This document shows, piece after piece, positions 51,036 to 60,357 of a stretch of DNA of 64,000 nt; the stretch's first letter is position 1; each line of letters begins with the position of its first letter. Both the position numbers and the translations under genes were made by a program. Location: the NCBI GenBank assembly GCA_965200965.1, contig OZ241744.1, forward strand, positions 2,048,001-2,112,000, written 5' to 3'. This DNA is from an uncultured Candidatus Binatia bacterium (GTDB taxonomy: Bacteria > Desulfobacterota > Binatia > Bin18). The notes below the pieces were generated by a model. That model had not been told where the DNA came from and did not search any database. It saw only the letters and a list, made by a program, of their open reading frames with translations.

Positions 51036-51881
51036 CTAGGACGCGAACTTGGGGAGCAGCTTGGCGTAGTCGTCCAGCATCGGCATGAGCGTGTCCCGGT
51101 CAGCCGAGGGCAGAAACAGCACCGCCCGCTCAACGCCCAACTGCTGGTGGCTGGCCAGGGCCTCTTCCTTGGCCGACGAGCCGAAAATCGACACCGGCAC
51201 CTCGTCCGGCGAACGGCCGGCCTGCTCGGCCAGGGCGCGCAACTCTTTGATCGACTCAGGCAGGCTGCTGGTATCAAACCCGACCGGCACCCAGCCGTCG
51301 CAGTAGTTGACGACCCGCTTCAGGCCGCCATTGAAAGTCCCCAGCAGGATCGGCGGGTGGGGCTGCTGGGCCGGCTTGGGGTAGGACCAGATTTTGTCAA
51401 AGTTCACAAACTCCCCATGATACTCGGCCTCCTCATTGGCCCAGATTTCTTTCATCGCCTCGATCCGCTCGCGCAATACCTTCCAGCGACGCTTGAAGGG
51501 CGTGCCGTGGTTTTCCATCTCCTCGGCGTTCCAGCCGCCGCCAATGCCGAAGATCAAGCGGCCGTTTGACAACTGATCGACCGTGGCGACCTCTTTGGCC
51601 AGTACAATCGGGTCGCGCTCAATTACCAGGCAGATACCGCTGCCGATCTTGATCTTCCTGGTTGCGCCGGCCGCGGCCATCAAGGCCACAAACAGGTCGT
51701 GGGTATGCCAGTACTCCTTGGGCAACTCCGCACCTCCCGGCCAGGGTGAAAGCCGGCTGGCCGGAATATGGGTGTGTTCCGGGAACCAGATCGACTCAAA
51801 GCCGCGTTCCTCACAGGCCACGGCCAACTCGTCCGGTCGCATGGCGTAGTCGGTCGCAAACATCGTAATACCAATATCCAT
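51036..51881 (-). CDS. LLM-class (probably F420-dependent) oxidoreductase
   Basis: GFESIWFPEHTHIP, AKEVATVD.LS.GR and GWNAEEM. Confidence 0.9.
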   Translation of the reverse strand: MDIGITMFATDYAMRPDELAVACEERGFESIWFPEHTHIPASRLSPWPGGAELPKEYWHTHDLFVALMAAAGATRKIKIGSGICLVIERDPIVLAKEVATVDQLSNGRLIFGIGGGWNAEEMENHGTPFKRRWKVLRERIEAMKEIWANEEAEYHGEFVNFDKIWSYPKPAQQPHPPILLGTFNGGLKRVVNYCDGWVPVGFDTSSLPESIKELRALAEQAGRSPDEVPVSIFGSSAKEEALASHQQLGVERAVLFLPSADRDTLMPMLDDYAKLLPKFAS

Positions 51882-52038
51882 ACTCGTCCTCCTTCTCTGA
51901 CTCCAGCACCCTTAGCAGGTTCCGGGACGGCGATCAATCTCGGTGACATTTCCGGGTTTGACACGGGCGGATTCAAGGTGTAAGAGTGTAGGTGGAACGC
52001 TGAACGAACGTTCACTCTCACCCTATGAGGAGGCCCGT

Positions 52039-53763
52039 ATGGCAACTTTTGATACCCTCATTCGAGGCGGCACAATTGTTGATGGTGCCCGTCACCCTCG
52101 TTACATTGGGGATGTCGGCATCAAGGACGGCAAAATCGCCCAGATCGAACAACCCGGCACGCTCAAACCCGGCGATGCCACACAGACCCTGGAGGCTAAC
52201 GGCCTGGTGGTCGCCCCGGGGTTTATCGATCTCCACACCCACTATGACGCCCAGATCAACTGGGACCCCTACGTCACGCTGTCTGGCTGGCACGGGGTGA
52301 CCTCCATCGTGGTCGGCAACTGCGGCTTTGGTTTTGCGCCGGTAAAACCCGACATGCGCGAGCGGGCAATGCTGACCATGTCCCGGGTCGAAGCCATTCC
52401 CTACGAGTCGATGAAGGCCGGCATGAAGTGGGAGTGGGAGACTTTCCCCGAATGGCTGGACTTTCTTGACCGGACGCCCAAAGGCATCAACGTCCTGAGC
52501 TTTGTTCCTATTGCCCCGATCATGATCTGGACTATGGGTCTGGAGGCGGCCAAGAGTCGTCCGGCCACCGACAAAGAAAAACAGACCATGTGCCAGATTC
52601 TGAATGAATCACTTGACGCCGGGGGCTGCGGATTCTCGGCTCAGCGTCTGGGCGACGGCTTTGTCTCTGTCCAGCGTGACTACGACGGTACCCCAATGGT
52701 GACCGACACGATGGCAGACGAAGATGTGCTCGCCTTTGGCCGGGTCCTGAAGGAACGAGGAGAGGGCTTCATCCAGCTCACCCAGTCCAGCCCCGACTTT
52801 GAATCCGACATGCGCTTCTACGACCGTCTGGCCGACGAGTGTGGCCGCCCGATTCTGTTCAATGCCACCGCCACGCGCGACGACCGGCCGAGTATCCATC
52901 GCCGCATCCTGCGCTGGATGGAAAAGACCAACAGAGCCGGGCGCAAAATCTACAACCAGACCGCGACATTCCGTCAAGGGCTGTACTTCAGTTTTGCTGA
53001 TATGTCAGGACTGTTCGACGGCAATGATGTTCTGCGTGAGGTGACCATGGGCACGCCGGCCGAACGGCTCGAAAAGCTCAGGAATCCGGCCATTCGTCAG
53101 GCTCTGGTCGCAGAATACGATACCGGACATACACCGGTCGTGACCGGCTCGCTCAAAGACTTCACGGTTGAAACCGTGAAGAACAGGAAGTTCGAGAAGT
53201 ATGTCGGCATGACGGTCGAAGAAGTCGCCAGGCTTGAGAACAAGCACCCCATAGACGCCATGTTCGATATTGCGGTCGAGGAGAATCTGGAAACCGAATT
53301 CTATACTCCCGCCCGCAACGTCCGTGAGGACTATGTGTCCGAGCTGATGGCCTCCCCGTACAGCATGGCCGGGGTGTCGGACGGCGGGGCCCACACCAAG
53401 TTCATCACCATTGGTGCCTATCCGACCGACCTGCTGTCGTGGATGGTCCGCGATGCCGGCTTTATGAGCCTTGAAGAGGCCCACTACCGGCTGAGCGGGA
53501 TGCCGGCCGAATGCGCCGGCTTCAAGGGTCGAGGCGTCCTGCGCGAGGGTGCCCCTGCCGATGTCGTGGTCTACGACCTCGAAAACCTCAAGCTGACCCC
53601 TGAAAAACCCGAGATCGTCCACGACTTCCCGGGTGGCGAGTGGCGGCGCATCCAGAAGGCCGACGGCTACCGCTGGATCATGGTCAACGGCAATGTGACC
53701 TTTGAGGACGGCCAATGCACCAACGCCACGCCGGGCCGCCTGCTGCGGCACGGGCAGGGCTGA
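52039..53763 (+). CDS. N-acyl-D-amino-acid deacylase family amidohydrolase
   Basis: PGFIDLHTHYD, GNCGFG and SDGGAH; GAGGAGG RBS. Confidence 0.9.
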   Translation: MATFDTLIRGGTIVDGARHPRYIGDVGIKDGKIAQIEQPGTLKPGDATQTLEANGLVVAPGFIDLHTHYDAQINWDPYVTLSGWHGVTSIVVGNCGFGFAPVKPDMRERAMLTMSRVEAIPYESMKAGMKWEWETFPEWLDFLDRTPKGINVLSFVPIAPIMIWTMGLEAAKSRPATDKEKQTMCQILNESLDAGGCGFSAQRLGDGFVSVQRDYDGTPMVTDTMADEDVLAFGRVLKERGEGFIQLTQSSPDFESDMRFYDRLADECGRPILFNATATRDDRPSIHRRILRWMEKTNRAGRKIYNQTATFRQGLYFSFADMSGLFDGNDVLREVTMGTPAERLEKLRNPAIRQALVAEYDTGHTPVVTGSLKDFTVETVKNRKFEKYVGMTVEEVARLENKHPIDAMFDIAVEENLETEFYTPARNVREDYVSELMASPYSMAGVSDGGAHTKFITIGAYPTDLLSWMVRDAGFMSLEEAHYRLSGMPAECAGFKGRGVLREGAPADVVVYDLENLKLTPEKPEIVHDFPGGEWRRIQKADGYRWIMVNGNVTFEDGQCTNATPGRLLRHGQG

Positions 53764-53883
53764 GTCACTCCCTTTCATCAAGGACCAGGCTCCGGCACGC
53801 AGTCCGCAAGACCGCGCCGCCGGGCCGGCCCAACTCATTCAGACTGGGCTGGCAAGGCTCAGGGCCCTGCCAGCCCACCAGCC

Positions 53884-54945
53884 TCACTCCGACCCGATAA
53901 CAAACTCGCCGCCAAATGGCGTATACGGCACGCCAAGGCCCAGGCACAACATCAGACGCAGACGGGTTTTCCGAGCCGACAGGTGGTTCTCAATCAGCAC
54001 CCCGGCCGCCCGCAGAGCATCGTAGGCCCCCGGATAATAATAGTCGGCTGCGGTCCAGCCACTGGCCGCACCCGAGCACAGGACAACCGGCAGGCCGCTT
54101 CTGGCCAGCCCAAGCACCTTTTCGCCGGCCCGGGCAGGAATTGTGCCGGCGGCCATACCGGCAATAACCAGGCCCTGCACCCGACCCGCGGCCAGGCCGT
54201 CAAGCACCGCCGCATCTTCGGCCAGCGCCATGCTCAGAATCGGCACCGAGCCGGGAACGGCCCTTGGAATCCGGCCCAAGCGCAGCCGCACAACCGGCCG
54301 CCAGGCACACTCGACCTGATCCCCAATGATCTGCCCAAACGGCGCGCCTCGGCGCGCGCTGAACGCATCCAAGGCCCCAGTGTCAGCCTTGAACACGCTC
54401 CAGGCCTCAAAAATCTGATCGTTGAGGGCAACCAGGGTACCGTAGGTGGCCGGGATCAGGCTGGCGACCCGCAGAGCGTTGTCCAGATTCCGAATGCCGT
54501 CATAGCCGCTGGCCCAGCCGGGCCGCATGGCACCGGTGAAGACAATCGGGACCGAGGCGGGTACGAGTTCATCCACCCCGTAGGCAGCCTCCTCCATAGC
54601 ATCGGTGCCGTGGCTGACAACAATGCCGTCAACCGCTGGCGTGGCCGCGGCCCGAATCTGCCGGGCCAGGGCCAGCACGTTGTCGGGACAGACCCCGCCC
54701 CGCGGCACAAAGTCAATCGGGCGGACCCGCAAGCGGTGTCGGAGCGAGCTTTGGGCCAGGAGTTCGGCGGCCGTCCAGGCCGTTACGCTCTGGCCGGCCT
54801 CAAGGCCGGACGACGGCCGCTTCCTGGGCGAGCGCACCTCATCTCTGTGCATGCTGATCGTCCCCCCGGCCGCAATCAGGACGAGGCGGGGCTTTTTTGT
54901 GGTCCGTCGCATGGAGGCGAGAGCAGCGGTCTCTTTCCCTGTCAA
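53884..54945 (-). CDS. Asparaginase/glutaminase family protein (TTG start overlaps the egtD stop; alternative ATG 54912)
   Basis: GGTI and HGTD catalytic Thr motifs, VFTGAMR and DG..NL. Confidence 0.85.
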   Translation of the reverse strand: MTGKETAALASMRRTTKKPRLVLIAAGGTISMHRDEVRSPRKRPSSGLEAGQSVTAWTAAELLAQSSLRHRLRVRPIDFVPRGGVCPDNVLALARQIRAAATPAVDGIVVSHGTDAMEEAAYGVDELVPASVPIVFTGAMRPGWASGYDGIRNLDNALRVASLIPATYGTLVALNDQIFEAWSVFKADTGALDAFSARRGAPFGQIIGDQVECAWRPVVRLRLGRIPRAVPGSVPILSMALAEDAAVLDGLAAGRVQGLVIAGMAAGTIPARAGEKVLGLARSGLPVVLCSGAASGWTAADYYYPGAYDALRAAGVLIENHLSARKTRLRLMLCLGLGVPYTPFGGEFVIGSE

Positions 54946-55931
54946 CCCCCGACAAAACGGAAGACCGCCATCAGGAACCAGCCGCGCTCATCCGTCCACC
55001 GGGCACAGGCCTCAAAGCCGTAGGGCCAGAGCTGCGCCGCCACTTGCCCGGCGTCAAACTTGCGCGAGATCTCGGTATGGATCGTTTCCCGGGGCGCGAA
55101 GAACACCCGCAGTCCCAGCTCGGCGATCTCAACCTCCTGGGCGACCTGACTCTCGAGGTGCATTTCAATCTGATGCTGGACGCGGTTATAGAAAGCCAGG
55201 TGGCTGAACCGCGCCAGACTGAAGTTGGCACCGAACTCGCGGTTAATGCGCCGCAGCATATTGAGATTAAAGGCGGCCGTCACCCCGGCCGCGTCATTAT
55301 AGGCGGCCTCCAGGATATCGACTGGCTTTCTGAGGTCCAGACCCAGCAGCACATAATCCCGGGGCTGGAGGACGACCGCCAGCCGGCTGAACAACTCGGC
55401 CTGTTCGGCCTCGTTAAAATTGCCCAGATTGCTGCCCAGGAACAGGACCAGGCGTTGGCGGGCGGGCGGCAGCGCGGCCAAGCCGCTCAGATAGTCGGTA
55501 GCCAGGGCCCGGATAGACAGCCGGGGATAGTCAGCGATCAGTCTCTCGGCCGATTCACGCAACATGGCGGCGCTGATATCAATCGGAACATAGCGCATGG
55601 GGTAGCCGCGACGCTGATATTCGTCCAGGAACAGACGGGTTTTGAGCGCGCTGCCGCTGCCCAACTCAACCAGGGTACACTCGCCGACCAGGTCGAGCAC
55701 CTCGGAAGCCCGCCGGCGCATCAGCCCGGCTTCGGTCCGGGTCGGATAATACTCGGGTTGTTGACAGATCTGTTCAAACAGTTCTGAGCCGTACTGATCG
55801 TAGAAATAGCGCGGAGGCAGGGATTTTCGGGTGGCGCTCAGGCCGGCGATCACGTCCTCGCCAAAGCGGGACAGCACAGAGACCGGACAGGAGATGTGGA
55901 GACGGGTGTCAGCAGCGTGTGGGGTATCCAT
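54942..55931 (-). CDS. egtD: L-histidine N-alpha-methyltransferase
   Basis: LPPRYFYD..GS.LFE.I...PEYYPTRTE, ELGSGS..KT, AYNDAAGVTAAFN and TEISRKF. Confidence 0.93.
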   Translation of the reverse strand: MDTPHAADTRLHISCPVSVLSRFGEDVIAGLSATRKSLPPRYFYDQYGSELFEQICQQPEYYPTRTEAGLMRRRASEVLDLVGECTLVELGSGSALKTRLFLDEYQRRGYPMRYVPIDISAAMLRESAERLIADYPRLSIRALATDYLSGLAALPPARQRLVLFLGSNLGNFNEAEQAELFSRLAVVLQPRDYVLLGLDLRKPVDILEAAYNDAAGVTAAFNLNMLRRINREFGANFSLARFSHLAFYNRVQHQIEMHLESQVAQEVEIAELGLRVFFAPRETIHTEISRKFDAGQVAAQLWPYGFEACARWTDERGWFLMAVFRFVGG

Positions 55932-55938
55932 GAGGTAT

Positions 55939-57249
55939 TCAGGTGGCGCACCGGAAACCGGCAAAAATTTCTCGGACCCAGGGGTGATACCAGTTGCGAA
56001 AGGTCGGGCGCAGGACATGGCTGCGGGTGGCCCACGAGCCGCCCCGCAAGACCCGGTGCTGGTGGTCAAAATATGGCACCGAGTAGCCGTCGTAGGGATA
56101 GGCGCAAAAACCGGGATAGGGCTGAAACCAGCTTGCGGTCCACTCCCACATGTTGCCCTGCATATCCATGCAGCCGTAGGCGCTGGCCCCGGCCGGGTGG
56201 CGCTGCACCGGGCTGGCACCGTCCTGCCGCGCGTCGCTGTTGCAGTGCCGTGGGTCGGGCCGCTCGACTCCCCAGGGATAGGCGCGCTTGTGGCCGCGCG
56301 CCGGGTCCCAGGAGGCCGCCTTTTCCCACTCGGCCTCGGTCGGCAGACGTTTGCCCAGGGCTCGGGCATAAGCCTCGGCCTCGTACCAGCTGACCCCCAT
56401 CACCGGCGCATCAGGGGGAAGCGGCCGGGTGTGTGACAGGCCGGTCAGGGCCCAGTCGCCACCCGGCTGCCGGTGCCAGTAGCGCGGCTGCTCAATCGCG
56501 TTTTTCTCCCGCCAGACCCAGCCCTCAGGACTCCACCAGGACCGCCGGTGGTAGCCCCGGTCCTGGACAAAGCCCAGAAACTGGGCGTTGGTCACTGGAT
56601 AGCGGTCCATCCAGAACTCGCCGACATCCACTTTGTGCTGTGGGCGTTCATTGTCCAGGGTCTCGTCCAGCCGGTTACTGCCCATCAGAAAAGGACCGGC
56701 CGGCACACACACCATTTCGTCGAATACACCGCCGCCGGCCCGGCCCGGTTCGCCGTCCTGGCTGGGCCGGTCCTGGCCGGCGGCCAGCAGCTGAAGCACC
56801 AGGGTCATGGTTTCCTGATGCTGGGCTTCGTGCTGGAGCAGCATGCGAAAGATCCGCCCCTGTTGCAAAAGCGGGTGAGACTGGGGAAAGTCGGTGCGGT
56901 CGAGGACGGCCAGCAGGTTGTCCCGGACCGTGTCGAGATAGGCCAGGATGTCGGAGCGAGCGGGGAGCTTGGTGCGATTGGTTTTGGGATGGCCGGTCGG
57001 CGAAAAAAATCGCTCGTAGGTCTCCGACAGACAGGCCCGGCCCTCGCACTGTTGCAGGACCCAGTAGGCTTCAGTGACCCCGATATGGCCCAGGTGCCAG
57101 CCCACCGGGCTGAAGTCGGGATGCGCCTGGCACCGGAAGTCGGCGTCGCTGACCTTGGCGAGCAGGCTGAGCGTCTGCCGGCGCACCTCAAGAAACCAGG
57201 CGCGCAAAAGCCGGCGGTCGGGCCGGGCCGGCGGATTAGCCCGCGGCAC
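55939..57249 (-). CDS. egtB: Ergothioneine-type sulfoxide synthase (DinB + FGE-sulfatase domains)
   Basis: SP..WHLGH and HEAQHQE iron ligands, RLPTEAEWE, GNMWEWT, Y..YS.PYF and RGGSW. Confidence 0.9.
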   Translation of the reverse strand: MPRANPPARPDRRLLRAWFLEVRRQTLSLLAKVSDADFRCQAHPDFSPVGWHLGHIGVTEAYWVLQQCEGRACLSETYERFFSPTGHPKTNRTKLPARSDILAYLDTVRDNLLAVLDRTDFPQSHPLLQQGRIFRMLLQHEAQHQETMTLVLQLLAAGQDRPSQDGEPGRAGGGVFDEMVCVPAGPFLMGSNRLDETLDNERPQHKVDVGEFWMDRYPVTNAQFLGFVQDRGYHRRSWWSPEGWVWREKNAIEQPRYWHRQPGGDWALTGLSHTRPLPPDAPVMGVSWYEAEAYARALGKRLPTEAEWEKAASWDPARGHKRAYPWGVERPDPRHCNSDARQDGASPVQRHPAGASAYGCMDMQGNMWEWTASWFQPYPGFCAYPYDGYSVPYFDHQHRVLRGGSWATRSHVLRPTFRNWYHPWVREIFAGFRCAT

Positions 57250-58066
57250 GACTCTCCGCCTCCCTCGGCCGGAGCGTGACCCATTCGGGCTGGAGCCGGG
57301 CATCAAAAGCGAGCAGCCGGTCTTCCTCCACCGCGTGCCAGGCCCGGCTGGCAAACAGACGCTCCGAGGCCAGCAGACCGGCCCGGGGAAACTCGGCAGT
57401 ATCGAACGCGCAGTACAAGGACGGTGCCGGAGAGCGCGAGGCAAAGCGGCTGGCCACAACAAACTCACCGTTGGTCAGGGCCAGATTGAGGACGAGCGAG
57501 GTGTGGGTCGGTGCCGCCCAGCAGACGAGCTGTTCAATGGTGGCGCGCACTGCGAGCAGCGCATTGTGCCGGGTGCATTCGCGGCCGTGCAAAAACTGGA
57601 GCAGCAGGGCAAAGATATGCTCCGAGTCGGTTGAGCCTTGGATGGCGGTGTAATACTCGTCCTGGAGCGCATCCCGGAGCGGCCGCATCAGGCTGCGGCG
57701 GAAGTTCTCGATAAAACCGTTATGCATGAACAGCAGGCGTCGGTAGGCGAAGGGCTGGCAGTTGCTGTGGTCCACTGCCTGGCCTGGAGTGGCACTGCGC
57801 ACATTGGCCACAATACACCCGGCCGCAATATGGTGGCCGAGTCCGGGCAAATTGCGGTCACTCCAGATGGGACAGGTGTTAGCATACACACACGGGGTCG
57901 GCTCAAGCTGCGGGTTGTACCAGCCCAGGCCGAAGCCGTCGGCGTTGACCACCCCGGCCGTCATCTCCCGCGGCTGGTAGCTCTGGGCCACCAGCGAGTG
58001 CTCGGGCTCACTCACCACGCGCTCAAGCCGGATCTCGGGCCCAAGGTAGGTCAGCAGGCGGCACAT
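57236..58066 (-). CDS. egtC: Class II glutamine amidotransferase-like amidohydrolase
   Basis: N-terminal MCR nucleophile, HSL..QS, NADGFG.GWY, VRSAT, HNG and TDSE. Confidence 0.9.
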   Translation of the reverse strand: MCRLLTYLGPEIRLERVVSEPEHSLVAQSYQPREMTAGVVNADGFGLGWYNPQLEPTPCVYANTCPIWSDRNLPGLGHHIAAGCIVANVRSATPGQAVDHSNCQPFAYRRLLFMHNGFIENFRRSLMRPLRDALQDEYYTAIQGSTDSEHIFALLLQFLHGRECTRHNALLAVRATIEQLVCWAAPTHTSLVLNLALTNGEFVVASRFASRSPAPSLYCAFDTAEFPRAGLLASERLFASRAWHAVEEDRLLAFDARLQPEWVTLRPREAESRAAG

Positions 58067-58068
58067 GC

Positions 58069-59274
58069 TTACCACGGTGACATATCGGGTCTTTTGAGCA
58101 GACGGTGGCGCACATCCTCAGCCTGGGCGTGAATCTCCGCATAGCTGTCACCAAACAGATCGATCTGGGCCAGGACAATCCCGAACTCGCTCATCTGTCT
58201 TACCTGGCTGCCCGGTTCAAAATAGATCGTCATGTCGGGAATGGTGCGCGCCTGCTCGTGGTCAAGCAGATTTTCGGCCGCGTCCTCGGCAAAGGTAATC
58301 AGGTTGAACTGGCCGCCGACCACGGGGCGAGGCCCACGGTCGAGGCTGGGCGGGCGGCCGCTGGCCAGGGTCAGGCCGGCCTCATAGATACAGGCGTCCA
58401 GACACCTGCGGTACAACTGGTAAAAGCAGGTAGCGGCGCGCCCGTTGAGCTCGGTCAGGGTCACTCCGTCGGCGTGACACCAGAACTCGATGTTAAAAAA
58501 TCCGTTGTCCAGGTCCACGCCGCCAATCGCCGCACACGCCTGTCGCTCAAGTTCGGCTTGAACAGGAGCGGGGTGGCGCGAGGGGAGGGAAAAATTGTCA
58601 ATCACCCGTGTTCCAGGATAGGTGTTGGTGTCGGTAATCGCCCACAGGTGGGGCTGCCGGTCATACACCCAGCCCTCGACCGTCACCTGGGGGCCGTCAA
58701 CAAACTCTTCAACTAACATGATGTCCTGGACGGCCAGGGGATATTTTTCAAGATCAACATAGCGCTCAAAGAACGGCGTGTAGAGCGGGGACCAGGCCGG
58801 ATAGTCCCGGCGCGCGAGGCGCAGCGCCCGGTCGAGGTCTGCCGCGGATTCGAGCTTAAAGCCCAGGATGCCCAGATTCAGCCACGGCGGTTTGAGGTAG
58901 CACGGATAGCCGGCGACCGCGGGAGCGGGGTCGTGCAGGGCAATCGCCTGGCAGCCGATGGGGTTGGGTTCGGCTTGGCGGCCGTAGTATTTATGCATAC
59001 ACAAAAAGACCGACTCCACGCTGGGGCCGGGAAAGCCAAACTCTTCACACAGGGCCGCGGCGACCAGATCGGCCACATCCCGGGAGTAGAAAACAGCGTC
59101 AATATGATGCGTGCGGATGTAGTCCCGGCACTGCCCAATATAGGCCAGCAGATCAAGTTCGGGCGACGGGGTGCGGGGGTTGAGCGGGGCGTCAAGCAGG
59201 TGGAAGGTATAGCCGCTGAGATCGGCGATGGCGTTCCGGTCCCGCTGTGAGGGGCAGGTGATGAAGACCTCCAT
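58069..59274 (-). CDS. ATP-grasp ligase (L-amino acid ligase-like), first gene of the egt operon
   Basis: YPCYLKP, EEFVDG..VTVEG, FFNIEF and ELNGR ATP-grasp motifs. Confidence 0.8.
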   Translation of the reverse strand: MEVFITCPSQRDRNAIADLSGYTFHLLDAPLNPRTPSPELDLLAYIGQCRDYIRTHHIDAVFYSRDVADLVAAALCEEFGFPGPSVESVFLCMHKYYGRQAEPNPIGCQAIALHDPAPAVAGYPCYLKPPWLNLGILGFKLESAADLDRALRLARRDYPAWSPLYTPFFERYVDLEKYPLAVQDIMLVEEFVDGPQVTVEGWVYDRQPHLWAITDTNTYPGTRVIDNFSLPSRHPAPVQAELERQACAAIGGVDLDNGFFNIEFWCHADGVTLTELNGRAATCFYQLYRRCLDACIYEAGLTLASGRPPSLDRGPRPVVGGQFNLITFAEDAAENLLDHEQARTIPDMTIYFEPGSQVRQMSEFGIVLAQIDLFGDSYAEIHAQAEDVRHRLLKRPDMSPW

Positions 59275-59334
59275 AGGGCTGAACCTCTGTCCACTTGCAC
59301 GGCGGGGGTTCCCCGCCCCGCTCTGCGCTCCGGC

Positions 59335-59362
59335 ATTCTATTGATTGCCCGGCGTGTGTCAA
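59335..59362 (-). promoter_or_regulatory. Sigma70-like promoter for the ATP-grasp/egt operon (TTGACA-16-TAGAAT)
   Basis: tgtcaa at 59357-59362 and attcta at 59335-59340 on the + strand. Confidence 0.6.
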
Positions 59363-59436
59363 CTCTTGCAATACCCAAGGGGTCCGGCAACAATCAAGCT
59401 GTTCAGCCCCCGGATACCCAACAGAGAGGACTGCCC

Positions 59437-60024
59437 ATGCTGCTCTATCTCGATACCCGACGTGCCCCCAACCCGCGAAAAGTCCGCATCTATCTGGCCG
59501 AAAAGCAGCTCGACATTCCCATCAAGGAGTTGGACCTGTACGCCGGCGAGCAGAAAGCGCCCGAGTTCCTGGCCAGGAACCCGTTTGCCGGCGTGCCTGT
59601 CCTGGAACTTGACGACGGGACCGTCCTGGCCGAGACCCTGCCCATCATGGAATACCTCGAAGAGTTATACCCCGAGCCACCACTGATTGGCACCGATGCG
59701 GTCAGCCGTGCCCAGGTCCGGGCCTGGGAGCGGCGGTGTGAAATTGGGGTGTATCTCACCGCCTCGCGCATGGTGCTGTCCACAGGTGCGGTCTCGGATC
59801 ACGCCAGAGGCGTGCTGCTGTCTCGTTTGCCGCTTGTCAACGCCGGCTTAGAGGGCAAGGACTGGCTGGCCGGGGCGTTCTCGATTGCCGACATCATGCT
59901 CTTCATCGGCCTGGAGACCGCCCACAGCAGCCGCTACACGGGCGAGTTCGGGCTCGACCCGGCCTGGATCAATCTGCGGCGCTGGTATGAGGCGATGAAA
60001 GCCCGGCCCAGCGTCTCGGCCTGA
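59437..60024 (+). CDS. Glutathione S-transferase family protein
   Basis: APNPRKV, NPF..VPVLELDDG and FSIADI. Confidence 0.88.
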   Translation: MLLYLDTRRAPNPRKVRIYLAEKQLDIPIKELDLYAGEQKAPEFLARNPFAGVPVLELDDGTVLAETLPIMEYLEELYPEPPLIGTDAVSRAQVRAWERRCEIGVYLTASRMVLSTGAVSDHARGVLLSRLPLVNAGLEGKDWLAGAFSIADIMLFIGLETAHSSRYTGEFGLDPAWINLRRWYEAMKARPSVSA

Positions 60025-60031
60025 ACTGCCG

Positions 60032-60240
60032 TTGGTGAAGACACAGCAGGCCGCCATTGCCGCCCGCTATCGGCGCTGTGCCGCACCAGGAAACGGCTGG
60101 CGTCTCCCCGCTGTACGCGGCACTGGCCGAGGCCGAACATTGGCCCACGCCAGCGTTTCTGGCCGGCCTGCCGGTGGGCAAACACCAGCCGAACCTGCTC
60201 TTTGCCGCCTTCCGCTGGCTGGCCGGCCTCAAGGTCCGGC
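60032..60240 (+). pseudogene. Frameshifted, truncated DUF2332-like gene remnant
   Basis: A.RYRR then, in a shifted frame, SPLY..LA...FLAGLP..K.QPNLLFAAFR; breaks off before the kinase gene. Confidence 0.5.
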
Positions 60241-60357
60241 GGACTTCTTTTCGGGCACCTTTTCTAACGACTCCCCTTCCACCTTGACAGGTCCGGGACA
60301 CTATTTCAGACAAGCGGAGCCGTAGCGGCCCGAGTCTGATGGTATACAATTATCGCC

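Noticed and set aside
53884-59274. Selenoneine or ovothiol cluster
   Set aside because: No selenophosphate synthetase or SenB glycosyltransferase, and EgtB has no fused C-terminal methyltransferase.
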